DNA of 64,000 nucleotides from an uncultured Gammaproteobacteria bacterium (GCA_963751595.1 CAVVVC010000002.1:135103-199102); one strand, 5' to 3'. Shown: positions 40,199 to 51,377, counted from the stretch's first letter. Made by a program: numbers and translations. The notes: generated by a model from the sequence alone, not told the origin.

Positions 40199-40714
40199 AT
40201 GAATCGTTGGGTATGTTTTAATCACGGCAAGGAGAGCGGCCCCTGGGGCAGCAAGATCGCGCGCCTGGCAAAAGTCGCCGAAGCCCACGGATACCAGGTC
40301 ATGAGTCCCGATTACCAGGGCATGAACGATGTCAGAGATCGGATTACCACCTTGCGAGGGGCCCTGCCTGATAATTGCGACAGGTTGGTATTGGTGGGTT
40401 CCAGTATGGGCGCATACGTTGCTGCCGCCGTGGCCAGCGAACACCCCCCGGAGGGGCTGTTTATCCTTGCCCCTGCGGTGCTGATGCCGGGTTACGAAAG
40501 TGACTTCATGAAACCCCGGGCGGCGGTGAGTCTGGCCATTCACGGCTGGCATGATGAAGTGGTCCCGGTTGCCAACGTCCTCCGGTTCTGCCGGCACCAC
40601 GATATGCCACTGCTGCTGGTGAACAGCGATCATCGTCTGATGTCCGTCCTTGACACCATCTGCCAGCAGTTCGCGCTTTTTCTGCAGCAGCTGGAAAACC
40701 CATGCTACGCCTGA
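40199..40714 (+). CDS. Small alpha/beta-fold hydrolase (YqiA-like esterase family)
   Basis: The start is the ATG at 40199. It has the nucleophile elbow GSSMG, a candidate catalytic His in DHRL, and a length of about 170 aa. Its 3' end overlaps the recC start by 13 nt. Confidence 0.6.
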   Translation: MNRWVCFNHGKESGPWGSKIARLAKVAEAHGYQVMSPDYQGMNDVRDRITTLRGALPDNCDRLVLVGSSMGAYVAAAVASEHPPEGLFILAPAVLMPGYESDFMKPRAAVSLAIHGWHDEVVPVANVLRFCRHHDMPLLLVNSDHRLMSVLDTICQQFALFLQQLENPCYA

Positions 40715-43700
40715 TTCAGTCGAATCGGACCGAGGTGCTGGTGGATCAACTGGCCCTGAACCTGTCCCGACAGGCCGTGCAAGCCAACGCTGCTTTGGTA
40801 CCCCAGACGCTGCTGGTGCAGAGTCAGGGTATGCGCCAGTGGCTGACACTTGAGCTTGCTCGGCGCAATGGCATTGTCGCCAATCTTGCCACGCCGATGC
40901 CAGCGACCTTTCTCTGGCAGCTCTGCCAGCGGCTGATGGGGCGCGAAGCCTCTGGACACAGCAGCTTTGACAAACTTTCGATGAGCTGGCACATCATGGC
41001 CCTGTTGCCGGGCCTGGCTGAGAGCAGGGAAGGTGAACCCCTGGCGCGTTATCTCCGGGAGCACGGCCACCAACAACTGCCGCGCTACCAGTTGTCCTAC
41101 CGGATTGCCGATATCTTCGACCAGTACCTGTTGTACCGGCCCGACTGGTTGTTTGCCTGGGAAGCCGGAGACGACACGGCGCTGGAACGTGACCAGCGCT
41201 GGCAGCCTGTGCTGTGGCGAGCACTGTTGGAGCGCATCACCCGACTGGGGCAGGAGCCCCATCGCGCCGCTGTTTATCGCGAGGCGCAGCGTCGCCTGGC
41301 GGCGGGAAAGTGCGTGGGTGCCGGGATTCCCGAGCACGTGGCTATCTTCGGGGTTTCCAGCTTGCCCCCCGCGCAAATGGATCTCTTTGTCGCACTCGGG
41401 CAGCAGACCAGGGTTGAAATCTATGCGCTAAACCCCTGTGCCCAGTACTGGGGTGACATCGTCAGCGAAAAAAGCCGCAGTAAACGCCAGGCCGCAGCAG
41501 TGAAAGGCAGGTGGCCCACAGTTTTTCCAGGTGGGGAACCCGCTGTTGGCCTCCTTCGGCCGCATGGGACGCGATTTTTTCGACCTCTTGCTTGAGCGCG
41601 ATGTCGACAGCGACGATCACTTCGTCGAGGTGCGCGACGATACCCTGCTGGGGGTTTTGCAGCGCGATATTCTGCGCCTGCAGAGTCGTGCCGAGGGCGA
41701 TAATGGCGGGCTGGCCCGGTTCACGATTGCCGACAGCGATCATTCGGTGCAGTTGCACAGCTGTCATAGCCCGATGCGCGAAGTCGAAGTGCTGCATGAT
41801 CAGTTGCTGGCGATGCTGGGTACCGATGATGGCCTGCGGATGCGGGATATCGTGGTCATGGTGCCCGACATCAGCGCCTACGCGCCGGTCATCCACGCGG
41901 TATTCAGCCAGCCTCGGGAGGGGGTGGCCCTGCGCTACAGTATTTCCGATCGTACCCAGGTCGAAGAAGCACCCGTACTGCGAGCGTTCCTGGCACTGGT
42001 CGAGCTGCCCGGTTCGCGCTTTGCTGCCCCCGAGATCATCGACCTGATCCAGACCCCTGCCATCGCGTCCCGGTTCGGGTTCTCGACGACAGAGCTTGCG
42101 CGCATCCGCCACTGGGTCGCAAGCAGCGGGATCCGCTGGGGCTGGAACGCCGATCACAAATGCGAGTTGGGTCTGCCCCCCAGCCATGCCAATAGCTGGC
42201 GGTTTGGGCTCGACAGGTTGTTGCTGGGCTACGCGCTCCCGGAAGCCGCGGGTTTGTTCAATGCCACCCTCGCGAGTGACGAAATCGATAGCAGCAGTGC
42301 TGAACTGTTAGGAAGGACGATTGATGTGTTGGATAGTCTCTGGGCCTGGCGCACGCACTTGCAGCAGGACCATAGCTGGCGGGATTGGATTGTGCTCCTG
42401 CGCCAGTGTGTCAGTGACTTTTTCGACCCCGACGACGAGGAAACCGCGGCGCTGGCGCAGTTGCTGCAAAACCTTGCGAATGAGCCCGCCGGGATTGCCA
42501 TCGATCAACTCGACGAGCCCATCGGACCGCCATTGCTGCAAAGCCTGCTGCACCAGCATTTAGGGCAGGCGGGAGACAGCTTCGGCTTTCTGTCCGGGGG
42601 CATCAATTTCTGTACCCTGATGCCCATGCGCAGCATTCCCTTTAAAGTGGTGTGTCTGCTGGGGATGAATGACCAGCAGTTTCCCCGCTCCCAGAGTCAA
42701 TCCGGATTCGACCTGATCGACCAGGACCGACCCCGCCGGGGGGACCGGAACCGGCGCAACGATGACCGCTACCAGATGCTGGAAGCGATACTGGCCGCGC
42801 GGGATCGACTCTATATCAGCTACGTAGGCAGCGACGTGCGGGATAACAGCAGCAAACTGGCATCGGTGCTGGTTGGTGAGTTGACGGATTACTGCCAGCG
42901 GATAGCGGTGGTCGCTGGCGCCGAGGATGAGCAGGCACAGCTCGCCAGCGCGGGGGTACTTGACCGCCTGCTGACCCACCATCACCTGCAGCCCTTCGAC
43001 CCGCGCTACTTCGGCGAGGGCGAGTCGCGCTGGTTCAGTTATGCGAGGGAGTACTATAACGCTGCCCTCCAGCCTGACCCATCCAGCGTATCCTGGGCTG
43101 AGCAGTCGCTGCCACCACTCCAGCCCCTGGCGAGCAGGCTGCCGCTTGACCGCCTGCTTGCCTTCGTCGCCAATGCCTGTCGCAGCTTTCTGCAGCAGCG
43201 CGTAGGTATTCATCTCGCGCTTGCCGAGGACGAACCGGCAGATACCGAGGTGCTGGAGCTCGCCGGACTCGATCGCTATCTGCTTGCCGAGGATGCACAG
43301 CGGCGGCAGCTGGAAGGGGTTTCAGAAAATCACTGGCTGCAACTTTGTGTCGCCGCGGGGCTAGCGCCCCAGGGAGGGCCTGGTAGCCTGGCCCTGGATT
43401 CGCTGTGGTCCGATGCCGCCGACATAACGGCGGAGGTGGCGCACTATCTGGTTGCCGAACCCCAAAGCATTTCCCTCGAGCTGGAGCTGGACGGGTTTCT
43501 CATCGAGGGCGAACTGGGACCACTCCACGACAACAGGCTGGTTCACTGGCGACCCGGCAAGTTTCGTAAACATCAATTGCTGCAGCACTGGTTGAGGCAT
43601 CTGGTGGCCAACGCTGTGGGAGGTCCGGTCACCAGCTTGTTATTTGAGGCGGGCCAGGGCTACCGCTACCGCCCGGTCGCCAAGGCAGAGGCAAGGGCAT

Positions 43701-43993
43701 GGCTCAAGTGTCTGTTGGGCTGGTACCGGCTGGGAATGCAACGCGCGCTGCCCCTGCTGCCGGAGACCTGCTGGCAGTGGCTGGAGAGCATGGCCCGCAG
43801 CGGTGACGAAGCCCTTGCCTGGCGCCAGGCAGAGTCATACTGGAGTGCCGATTCGAAATACGCCAGTGCCGAGTCCCAGGATCCGTTTATATCCCGCTGT
43901 TTCAGCTTCGAAGAGCTCGGTGACAGCGAATTTACCCGGCTTGCCGTCGAGTTGGTAGAGCCGGCCCGGATCGCGCTGGAACCGCTGGCATGA
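40702..43993 (+). pseudogene. recC: Exodeoxyribonuclease V gamma subunit RecC, split into ORFs 40702-41595 and 41531-43993 by an apparent +1 frameshift; either a pseudogene or a homopolymer sequencing error
   Basis: The N-terminus MLRLIQSNRTEVL is typical of RecC. The conserved GNPLLASFGRMGRDFF block is in the second frame. The combined length of about 1100 aa matches RecC. The shift must lie in 41504-41530, which contains a T5 run. Confidence 0.8.
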
Positions 43994-46900
43994 GCACCGG
44001 CGAATGGAACGCGCTGGCGTTTCCGATGTATGGCATGCGCCTCATCGAGGCCAGTGCCGGCACCGGAAAAACCTATACGATCGCCAATCTCTATCTGCGC
44101 CTGCTGCTGGGCCTGGGCCGGGAACGGCCGTTGTCGGTTGACAACATCCTGGTAGTCACCTTTACCACGGCGGCGACCGAGGAGCTGCGCGAGCGGGTGC
44201 GCCAGCGCATCGTGCTGGCCTATGACGGGTTTCGCCTTGGCGCGTCCGATGATGGCTTTATTGCCGGCTTGATTGCGGCTTTTCCCGAGAAAGGCACGGC
44301 CTGTTCACTGCTGGATGCGGCCCAGCGGCAGATGGATGAAGCATCCATATACACCATCCATGGCTTCTGTCACCGGGCCCTGACAGACAACGCTTTTACC
44401 AGCGGGGCCGCATTCGAGCTGGAATTGATCATCGATGAAACCTTGCTGCAACAGCAGGCGGCTGAGGACTTCTGGCGTCAGCAACTGGCCACCCTCGATC
44501 CCGACACGGCAAGTTTGCTGCCGCCACCCTGGAAGTCTCCCGAGTCGCTGCTGCGCGCGGTGATTCCCTACTGGGGCAGCCAGCAGTTGCGCCTGGAGCC
44601 GGAAGCCAACTGGTCGGGGGACGAGCTTGTCAGTCTGCGGGCCGAGGTCGAGGCACTGAAGGCTTTGTGGCTGGAGCAGGATGTCAGTCGTTTGCTGCGG
44701 GAATTGCCCTTTAAAGCCAGGGCGAAAGTCAGGGATGAGGCCCGTATTCGTGAGATGGAGCGGTTCTGTCGTTCCAACCGCCTGGAATTCGTTTCCTCGC
44801 GCGGGGAGTCCTGGGAGCTTTGGTCGCCGCAGGCTATCAAGGCGGCGACCCCGAAGGCCCAACAAGTGCCCGTTCACCGGGCTTTTGACTATTGCGGCCG
44901 CCTGGCGCGGGCTTTCGCCGACCTGCGACAACAGCTTCACATCCATCTGTTGACCCGGGCCATAGGCGATATCGCAGCGTCCATGCGGCAATCCAGACAG
45001 GAACGCAACCAGCTTTCGCCCGACGATCTGTTGCAAAATCTGGCAGCGGCCCTGCAGCGGCCAGGGAGTGGCGCGCAACTTGGGCAGCGACTGGCACGGC
45101 AATACCCGGTGGCGATGGTCGACGAATTCCAGGACACAGACGCTTTGCAATACCGGATTTTTGACGCGATTTATGGTGCATCGGAAGCCACGGCATGGCT
45201 GATGATTGGCGATCCCAAGCAGGCAATCTATAAATTTCGCGGCGCCGATATCTTTACCTATATCGGCGCGAGGAGGCGGGTGGCGCCCGACCCTCATGGC
45301 CTTTTCAGCCTGGCCACCAACTGGCGCTCCTCCAGCGCCATGGTTGAAGCCGTCAACCGATTATTCCAGCGAGCCGAGGCTCTCGACCCGGGGCAGGGAG
45401 CTTTTCTCTATCCCGATGATATTCCCTTCACCCCGGTGCAGGCATCCCCGGATGCGGACAGCAAGCCGATGCGGCTTGCCGGTAAAGTGCCGGTCCCGTT
45501 GAAGCTGTTCTACTGTCGTGGTGAGGACAAGAAAGGTCGAATCAGTAGCGGTGCAGCGCGGCAAATACTGGCCCAGAAAACCGCTAGCCAGATCGTCGAA
45601 TTGCTGAACGCGGCAACCGATGGTCTGCTTACGATTGCGGGCCAGGCTCTCACTCCGGGCAACATCGCAGTACTGGTGCGCGAGCGCAGTGAGGCCGGGT
45701 TGGTAAAAGACGCCCTGGCTCAGCGGGGTGTCAACAGTGTATTTCTGAGTCGCGAGAGTGTATTCGATGCGCCAGTGGCTATCGACTTGTACCACCTGTT
45801 GCAAGCCGTTTTGCATCCGGGCGACGGGGGAAAGTTGCGCAGTGCCCTGGCGACCCGGCTCCTCGACGTGGCGCTGGCGGATATCGCAGCTCTGGATGAG
45901 GATATGCAGGCGCAGCAGGGGCTGCTTGAGGAATTCGCAGACTACCGGCAACAACTGCAGCGCTTTGGTGTTTTGTCGATGCTACGTCAGTTGATGGCAC
46001 GGCGTAATCTCCCCGCCAGGCTGCTGGCCCAGCCAGAGGGCCAGCGCAGCCTGACCGATCTGCGCCACCTGGGAGAACTGTTACAGCAAGCGAGCGAGTC
46101 CGGTGGTGGTCCCGAGGAGTTGTTGCGTTGGTTCCTGCGTCACCTCCGGGGTGAACGCCGGGCAGATAGTGACAGCCAGCGGGTGCGCCTGGAGAGTGAC
46201 GACAAACTGGTGCAGATTGTCACCATTCACGCCAGTAAAGGGCTGGAGTACGATGTTGTCTTCATCCCCCTGGCGTCCTTCGCGCGCCAGAGTACCGAGT
46301 GCGTTTTTCATCGCCAGCATGGCGGGGAAGGCGGTGAGGAATTCGTGACCGTGGCAGATCTGGCGACAAGTCCCGAGTCGCAGAAGCTCACCGATCGCGA
46401 ACGTCTGGCGGAAGACATACGTCTACTTTACGTGGCGCTTACCCGGGCGCGCCACCAGTGTTACCTGGGCCTGGCCAATGTCGCCGGGCGCAAACCCGTG
46501 CTGCCCTTCGCGGATACGGCGGTGGCACACCTACTCGGGAGCCCCGATGTCGCGGCGGACGAAACAGCACTGCTGGAAAGCCTGCATAGCCTGGCCCTGG
46601 ACTGCGGGGACAAGCTGCTATCGTTGGAGGTTTTTTCTCCTGACCACGCCGCCGATGTAACCACGGTGCGCTGGCCGCCCGCTCGGCCGGTATCCCTCGC
46701 CCTGCGGGAGCCGCCTCGGCTGGCTCGCGACAATTGGTCCCTGACCAGTTACAGTGCCCTGGCCAGGGGCCAGGGCGGCAGTGCGCCGCAGCGGGGCGCG
46801 GCTGACGAGCAAGAACAATCCGTATCCGGGATCGACGTGGGCGATGAGGCCAGCCCGGCAACCTTTCCCCGTGGCCCTCGCTACGGCACCCTGTTGCATA

Positions 46901-47580
46901 ATATTCTGGAGACCGTCGATTTTGCCGCCGACGAGCAAAGCCTGCTGGCCGCGACTCGGCACCAACTCGATGCATTCGGCATGGATAACGACCGCTGGGC
47001 TCCGATGGTCGCGAGCTGGCTGCGCCAGGTGCTGAACAGCCAGCTGCCGCCGCTGAATGGCTTGAGTCTCGCCGAGCTGCCAGCGGCTGCGCGCATCAGT
47101 GAAATGGAATTCAATTTCCGCATGTCCGCCGACATCCGTGGGGCTGATCTCGATTACAGCCTGCGCCGGTCCGGCTATCTCGGTCATTCACCACCGCTGG
47201 ATTTCGCAGCGGTGCGGGGGATCATGCGCGGCTTTATCGATCTGGTATTTCAGCACCAAGGCCGTTTTTATCTGCTCGACTACAAATCCAATTATCTGGG
47301 CCCGAACCCGGATAGCTACCGTCTGGAGGCGATGCAGCGCGCGATCGGCACCCATCGGTACGACCTGCAGTACCTGATTTATGCCACTGCGCTGCATCGC
47401 TACCTGGGCGCGAGACTGCGCGATTACAGCTTCGAAAGCCACTTCGGGGGTGTGTATTATCTGTTTCTACGTGGTATGACCGGCCGGTCTGAACCTGGCC
47501 GCGGCGTATTTTACGACCGCCCGGACAGGGGGACCATCCTCGCCCTCGATACGTTGTTCGATGCGGGGGAAGGGGGATGA
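43990..47580 (+). CDS. recB: Exodeoxyribonuclease V beta subunit RecB (helicase-nuclease)
   Basis: It has the UvrD-type Walker A motif ASAGTGKT, a length of 1196 aa, a C-terminal PD-(D/E)xK nuclease motif (GFIDLVFQ...YLLDYKSN), and a 4-bp overlap with recC. Confidence 0.93.
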   Translation: MSTGEWNALAFPMYGMRLIEASAGTGKTYTIANLYLRLLLGLGRERPLSVDNILVVTFTTAATEELRERVRQRIVLAYDGFRLGASDDGFIAGLIAAFPEKGTACSLLDAAQRQMDEASIYTIHGFCHRALTDNAFTSGAAFELELIIDETLLQQQAAEDFWRQQLATLDPDTASLLPPPWKSPESLLRAVIPYWGSQQLRLEPEANWSGDELVSLRAEVEALKALWLEQDVSRLLRELPFKARAKVRDEARIREMERFCRSNRLEFVSSRGESWELWSPQAIKAATPKAQQVPVHRAFDYCGRLARAFADLRQQLHIHLLTRAIGDIAASMRQSRQERNQLSPDDLLQNLAAALQRPGSGAQLGQRLARQYPVAMVDEFQDTDALQYRIFDAIYGASEATAWLMIGDPKQAIYKFRGADIFTYIGARRRVAPDPHGLFSLATNWRSSSAMVEAVNRLFQRAEALDPGQGAFLYPDDIPFTPVQASPDADSKPMRLAGKVPVPLKLFYCRGEDKKGRISSGAARQILAQKTASQIVELLNAATDGLLTIAGQALTPGNIAVLVRERSEAGLVKDALAQRGVNSVFLSRESVFDAPVAIDLYHLLQAVLHPGDGGKLRSALATRLLDVALADIAALDEDMQAQQGLLEEFADYRQQLQRFGVLSMLRQLMARRNLPARLLAQPEGQRSLTDLRHLGELLQQASESGGGPEELLRWFLRHLRGERRADSDSQRVRLESDDKLVQIVTIHASKGLEYDVVFIPLASFARQSTECVFHRQHGGEGGEEFVTVADLATSPESQKLTDRERLAEDIRLLYVALTRARHQCYLGLANVAGRKPVLPFADTAVAHLLGSPDVAADETALLESLHSLALDCGDKLLSLEVFSPDHAADVTTVRWPPARPVSLALREPPRLARDNWSLTSYSALARGQGGSAPQRGAADEQEQSVSGIDVGDEASPATFPRGPRYGTLLHNILETVDFAADEQSLLAATRHQLDAFGMDNDRWAPMVASWLRQVLNSQLPPLNGLSLAELPAAARISEMEFNFRMSADIRGADLDYSLRRSGYLGHSPPLDFAAVRGIMRGFIDLVFQHQGRFYLLDYKSNYLGPNPDSYRLEAMQRAIGTHRYDLQYLIYATALHRYLGARLRDYSFESHFGGVYYLFLRGMTGRSEPGRGVFYDRPDRGTILALDTLFDAGEGG

Positions 47581-49529
47581 GTACCATCCTCCAGCAGTTG
47601 CACGAGCTCCGTGCCGAGGGCGTCATCAGCCCGATAGACTGGCAGTTTGCCAACTATATCGGCCGCATCGACGCCACTCCCGAAGTGATTCTGGCGGCCG
47701 CGGCGGTGAGTCATGCCCTCGGCCAGCAAAATAGCTGCGTCGACCTGCAGCAGCGATGCGCCGCTGGTGAAGCCATAGCAGGAAGCGGGATAGCACCACC
47801 TCCATTGCCCCAGTGGCGGCAGGCGTTGCGGGACAGTGCCGTGGTGGCGACGCCTGGACAGCTTGGGCCCTTAATGCTGGAACAGAACCGGCTTTACTTG
47901 TCGCGCTACCACTACTACGAGGGTGTGGTCGCCAGCGGCATCGGTCACCGCAGTCGCCCTGAGGCGGTTGACGAAGCCTGGTTGGGAGAGCGCCTGGGGC
48001 ACTATTTTTCCTCCCCCCCGGGCGAGTTTGACGGTCAGAAGCTGGCGGCGGCCGTTGCCCTCAGTCGGCGCTTTTGCCTGATTGCCGGAGGGCCTGGAAC
48101 CGGTAAGACGACAACGGTGGTCAAGGTGCTGGCTTTGCTGCGTGAGTGGGGGCAGCGCAACGGGCTCAGGCAGCGCATCGCCATGGCAGCGCCAACCGGG
48201 AAGGCAGCGGCGCGGCTGGCACAGGCTATTCGCAGCGCCCTGCTGCACGATCCCGCCATCGATAGCCGCCTGGCGGCGGGTATTTCCAGTGATGTCACCA
48301 CGGTGCATCGGCTGCTGGGACCATTGCCTGGCAGCACCCGGTTTCGCCACACCGCGGATAATCCGCTAAGCTGCGATATATTGCTGATCGATGAGGCATC
48401 GATGCTCGATCTTGGCCTCATGGCTCAACTGCTGTCTGCGCTGCGGCCCCACGCAAGGCTGATATTGTTGGGCGACCGGGACCAGTTACCTTCGGTGGGT
48501 GTTGGCCAGGTCTTGCAGGATCTTTTTGCCAGCCTCCCCCCGGAGGACGTCACCGATGGATTGAGCTATTCACCACCCCAGCGCCAGTTGCTGGAGCGCC
48601 TGTGCGCGTTCGAGCTGCCGCCGGCGACCGGGGGCGAACCCGGTGTCGGTGATGGCATTGCCCTGTTGCGACACAGTTATCGCTTTACCGTCGATTCAGG
48701 TATCGGCGAGCTGGCGGCAGCGGTCAAAGCAGGCGACGCCAGCGCTGCTCGAGGCCTGTTGCAGCACGCGGGAAAAGCCAACGCAGACGACCTCGAACAG
48801 CTGGGTCCGGACCCCGGCAGCGAGGCCTGGTTGGAAAAACTCGCCGCGCCCTACCTGGAACTGACCCGGGCCTGGCTCGACCATGACCTGGGTGAAGTAG
48901 AGAAACTCCGTTTGCTGGATCACTATCGCATACTCTGCGCACTGCGGGAGGGTAGCACCGGTGTCACCGAGCTGAATCAGAAGATTGAACGCTATCTTTC
49001 ACGCCAGGGGCTGGCGCCACCCCTGAGCGGCAGCTTTGCGGGCAAGCCGATCATGATCGTTGAGAACAGCTACCCGCTTCAGCTATATAACGGGGATACC
49101 GGCATCCTGCTGCGTGCTGACGGGGGCCAACTTTACGCCTGTTTCGAAGGTGCCGAAGGCACTCCCCGGCGCCTGCCGCTCGGCCGCCTGCCGCTTTGGG
49201 AGAGCAGCTATGCCATCAGTGTGCACAAGTCGCAGGGCTCCGAGTATAGGCACGCGGCTCTGGTGCTGCCGCCAGCGGATGCGCTCGGCTCCCTTAGCCC
49301 ATTGCTGACCCGTGAGCTGATCTACACGGCAATTACCCGGGCCCGGGACCGCCTCACCCTCGCTTGCAGCGTCGATGTGTTCTGCGCCGGTTTGTCGCGG
49401 CGGGTACACCGTGCCAGCGGCCTGGCGGAAAAACTTGGCGGCGCTGCAGTGAGCCTGTCAGGGCTTGTCTATCCCAGCAAGATCAGCAGTGGGCCTGCGA
49501 CCATCAAAAGCACGTTGCCGAAGGCGTAG
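47577..49529 (+). CDS. recD: Exodeoxyribonuclease V alpha subunit RecD
   Basis: It has the SF1 helicase Walker A motif GGPGTGKTT, the LLIDEASM motif, a C-terminal SVHKSQGSE motif, and a 4-bp overlap with recB. Confidence 0.92.
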   Translation: MSTILQQLHELRAEGVISPIDWQFANYIGRIDATPEVILAAAAVSHALGQQNSCVDLQQRCAAGEAIAGSGIAPPPLPQWRQALRDSAVVATPGQLGPLMLEQNRLYLSRYHYYEGVVASGIGHRSRPEAVDEAWLGERLGHYFSSPPGEFDGQKLAAAVALSRRFCLIAGGPGTGKTTTVVKVLALLREWGQRNGLRQRIAMAAPTGKAAARLAQAIRSALLHDPAIDSRLAAGISSDVTTVHRLLGPLPGSTRFRHTADNPLSCDILLIDEASMLDLGLMAQLLSALRPHARLILLGDRDQLPSVGVGQVLQDLFASLPPEDVTDGLSYSPPQRQLLERLCAFELPPATGGEPGVGDGIALLRHSYRFTVDSGIGELAAAVKAGDASAARGLLQHAGKANADDLEQLGPDPGSEAWLEKLAAPYLELTRAWLDHDLGEVEKLRLLDHYRILCALREGSTGVTELNQKIERYLSRQGLAPPLSGSFAGKPIMIVENSYPLQLYNGDTGILLRADGGQLYACFEGAEGTPRRLPLGRLPLWESSYAISVHKSQGSEYRHAALVLPPADALGSLSPLLTRELIYTAITRARDRLTLACSVDVFCAGLSRRVHRASGLAEKLGGAAVSLSGLVYPSKISSGPATIKSTLPKA

Positions 49530-51151
49530 GTGCCTGCATAACCGATCGCCGGCACGGCACTCTTCGCCTCGGCGGTGACCACGCTCAGGGCCGCGCCGCT
49601 GGTCATCGCCCCGGTAAGAGCCCCCATCAGGATAGCGGGGTTGAGTTTGAGCACTTTGCTGCCGAAGAAATAAGCTACCGCAATGGGCACGACCGTGATG
49701 ACCACCCCGGCCAGTATCAGTGTGGGGCCGCTGTTGCCCAGGGTTTCAACAATATTACCCCCGGCCTGTAAGCCAACGCCCGCCATGAAAAGCAGAAGCC
49801 CGAACTCCATCAGAACCCAGCGCGCAGCCTCGGGAAGGCGGCCGAAGGTGGGCCGGATACTGCGCAGATAGCCAATGATCAAGCCCGAGGCGAGCAACCC
49901 CCCCGCCGCGCCGAGGCCAACGGAGACGCCACCCACAGAAATGGAGAGCATCCCCAGCACGGCACCGGCGGCAATGCCGAAGGCAAAGGTCTTCATATCG
50001 GTCTCGGAAATATCCCGCTCGACCTCACCGGCGTATTCTCCCAGGCGGTCGATGTTAGCTGTCGGCCCGATAACAGTCAGCACGTCTCCCTTGGTCAAGG
50101 TCAATTCCCTGCTGTGGGGCAGGCGCACGCCAGTCCGGGTGATATGTTGTACCAGCACGCCAAAATAGTAGGGGATATTCAGCTCGCCGAGGGTTTTGCC
50201 GAAGACTTCTTTGTTGGTAACCACCACCTGGGCAGTCTCCTGCGTCTGGCTGATATTCCACTCGGGGGGCACCTCGGGGCCGACAGCCTGGATCCCGTGA
50301 GTAAAGAGTCGCCGGGGGCCGGTCAACTCCACCACGTCGTGCAGCTGCAGGTGGTCGGTCAGGTGCATCTCGATCTTTTCACCATCTCTGATGACGTTGG
50401 ACACCGGGATGCGCTCGCAATACCGGTCGCGAATCTCGAGCAGCGTCATTTTGATAAAGTCGGGGTTCTCTACCCGGTAGCAGCGTGTCGTAATGTTGGT
50501 GGGACTTATCGCCTGCTCGGCTTCACGCTCGAGCCTCGCCGCTTCCGCAGCCATGTCGATACCCAGGATCCGCGGCATGTACTTGATGATCGAAATCAGG
50601 CCGGTCAGGCCGAATATGTAGGTGATGGCATAGGTCGTGGCGATATTGCCGACAATGGTTTCGCTGTCCCAGTTTTCGGGCAGTGACACGGTGCCACTGC
50701 GCACCGCATCCTGGGCTGCAGCCAGAGTGGGTGAACTGGTCAGTCCACCCGCCAGCAAGCCCGCAGACACACCGGGGTCGGCCTGCAGCAGTCGCGCGGC
50801 CACCAGCGTAATACCCACGGCACTCACCGTTACCACCAGCGCCAGGGCGAAATACTTCAAGCCATCTTCCTTGACGGCGCTAAAAAAGCGGGGCCCGGCC
50901 TGGTATCCGACCGAAAAGATGAACAGCGCGAAACCCACTGCCTGTGCGCCGGGATTGATACGCAGGCCAAAAAAATGGCCAAACAGAATTCCCGCGAACA
51001 ACACTCCCGCTACCGAACCGAAGGAAAAGCTGCCGATGCGGAAATTGCCGATGACGTAGCCCAGGCCGATAATCAGGAACAGGGGCAGGACCGGGTTCTG
51101 GTGCATGATGTGATCCAGCCACACCCATAAGCTATCGAGAGATTCCGGCAT
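49469..51151 (-). CDS. AAE-family (aspartate:alanine exchanger, YidE/YbjL-type) transporter with two central RCK_C/TrkA_C domains
   Basis: This 560-aa protein has duplicated membrane halves flanking two soluble TrkA_C-like domains. The N-terminus (...PVLPLFLIIGLGYVIG...GSVAGVLFAGILFG) is typical of the family. Confidence 0.78.
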   Translation of the reverse strand: MPESLDSLWVWLDHIMHQNPVLPLFLIIGLGYVIGNFRIGSFSFGSVAGVLFAGILFGHFFGLRINPGAQAVGFALFIFSVGYQAGPRFFSAVKEDGLKYFALALVVTVSAVGITLVAARLLQADPGVSAGLLAGGLTSSPTLAAAQDAVRSGTVSLPENWDSETIVGNIATTYAITYIFGLTGLISIIKYMPRILGIDMAAEAARLEREAEQAISPTNITTRCYRVENPDFIKMTLLEIRDRYCERIPVSNVIRDGEKIEMHLTDHLQLHDVVELTGPRRLFTHGIQAVGPEVPPEWNISQTQETAQVVVTNKEVFGKTLGELNIPYYFGVLVQHITRTGVRLPHSRELTLTKGDVLTVIGPTANIDRLGEYAGEVERDISETDMKTFAFGIAAGAVLGMLSISVGGVSVGLGAAGGLLASGLIIGYLRSIRPTFGRLPEAARWVLMEFGLLLFMAGVGLQAGGNIVETLGNSGPTLILAGVVITVVPIAVAYFFGSKVLKLNPAILMGALTGAMTSGAALSVVTAEAKSAVPAIGYAGTYAFGNVLLMVAGPLLILLG

Positions 51152-51377
51152 CGCTACATTCCATTCTGGCAGGGGAAAGGCATTGTAGCGCTGATATCAG
51201 TAGTCTGCGAGGGGCAGGCGGTGATCGACTGACTGGCTCAGGGCGTAGATTATCTCGCCCAATCATTTGCCTTCGCCAGTTCCGGAGCGGTCTGTTGCAA
51301 CGGCCTGCATGCACTGGAGTCAAACCGCCCGACTAGGCTACCATTGGCGCCGCTCCACCCAATCAGGAAAACAGACA

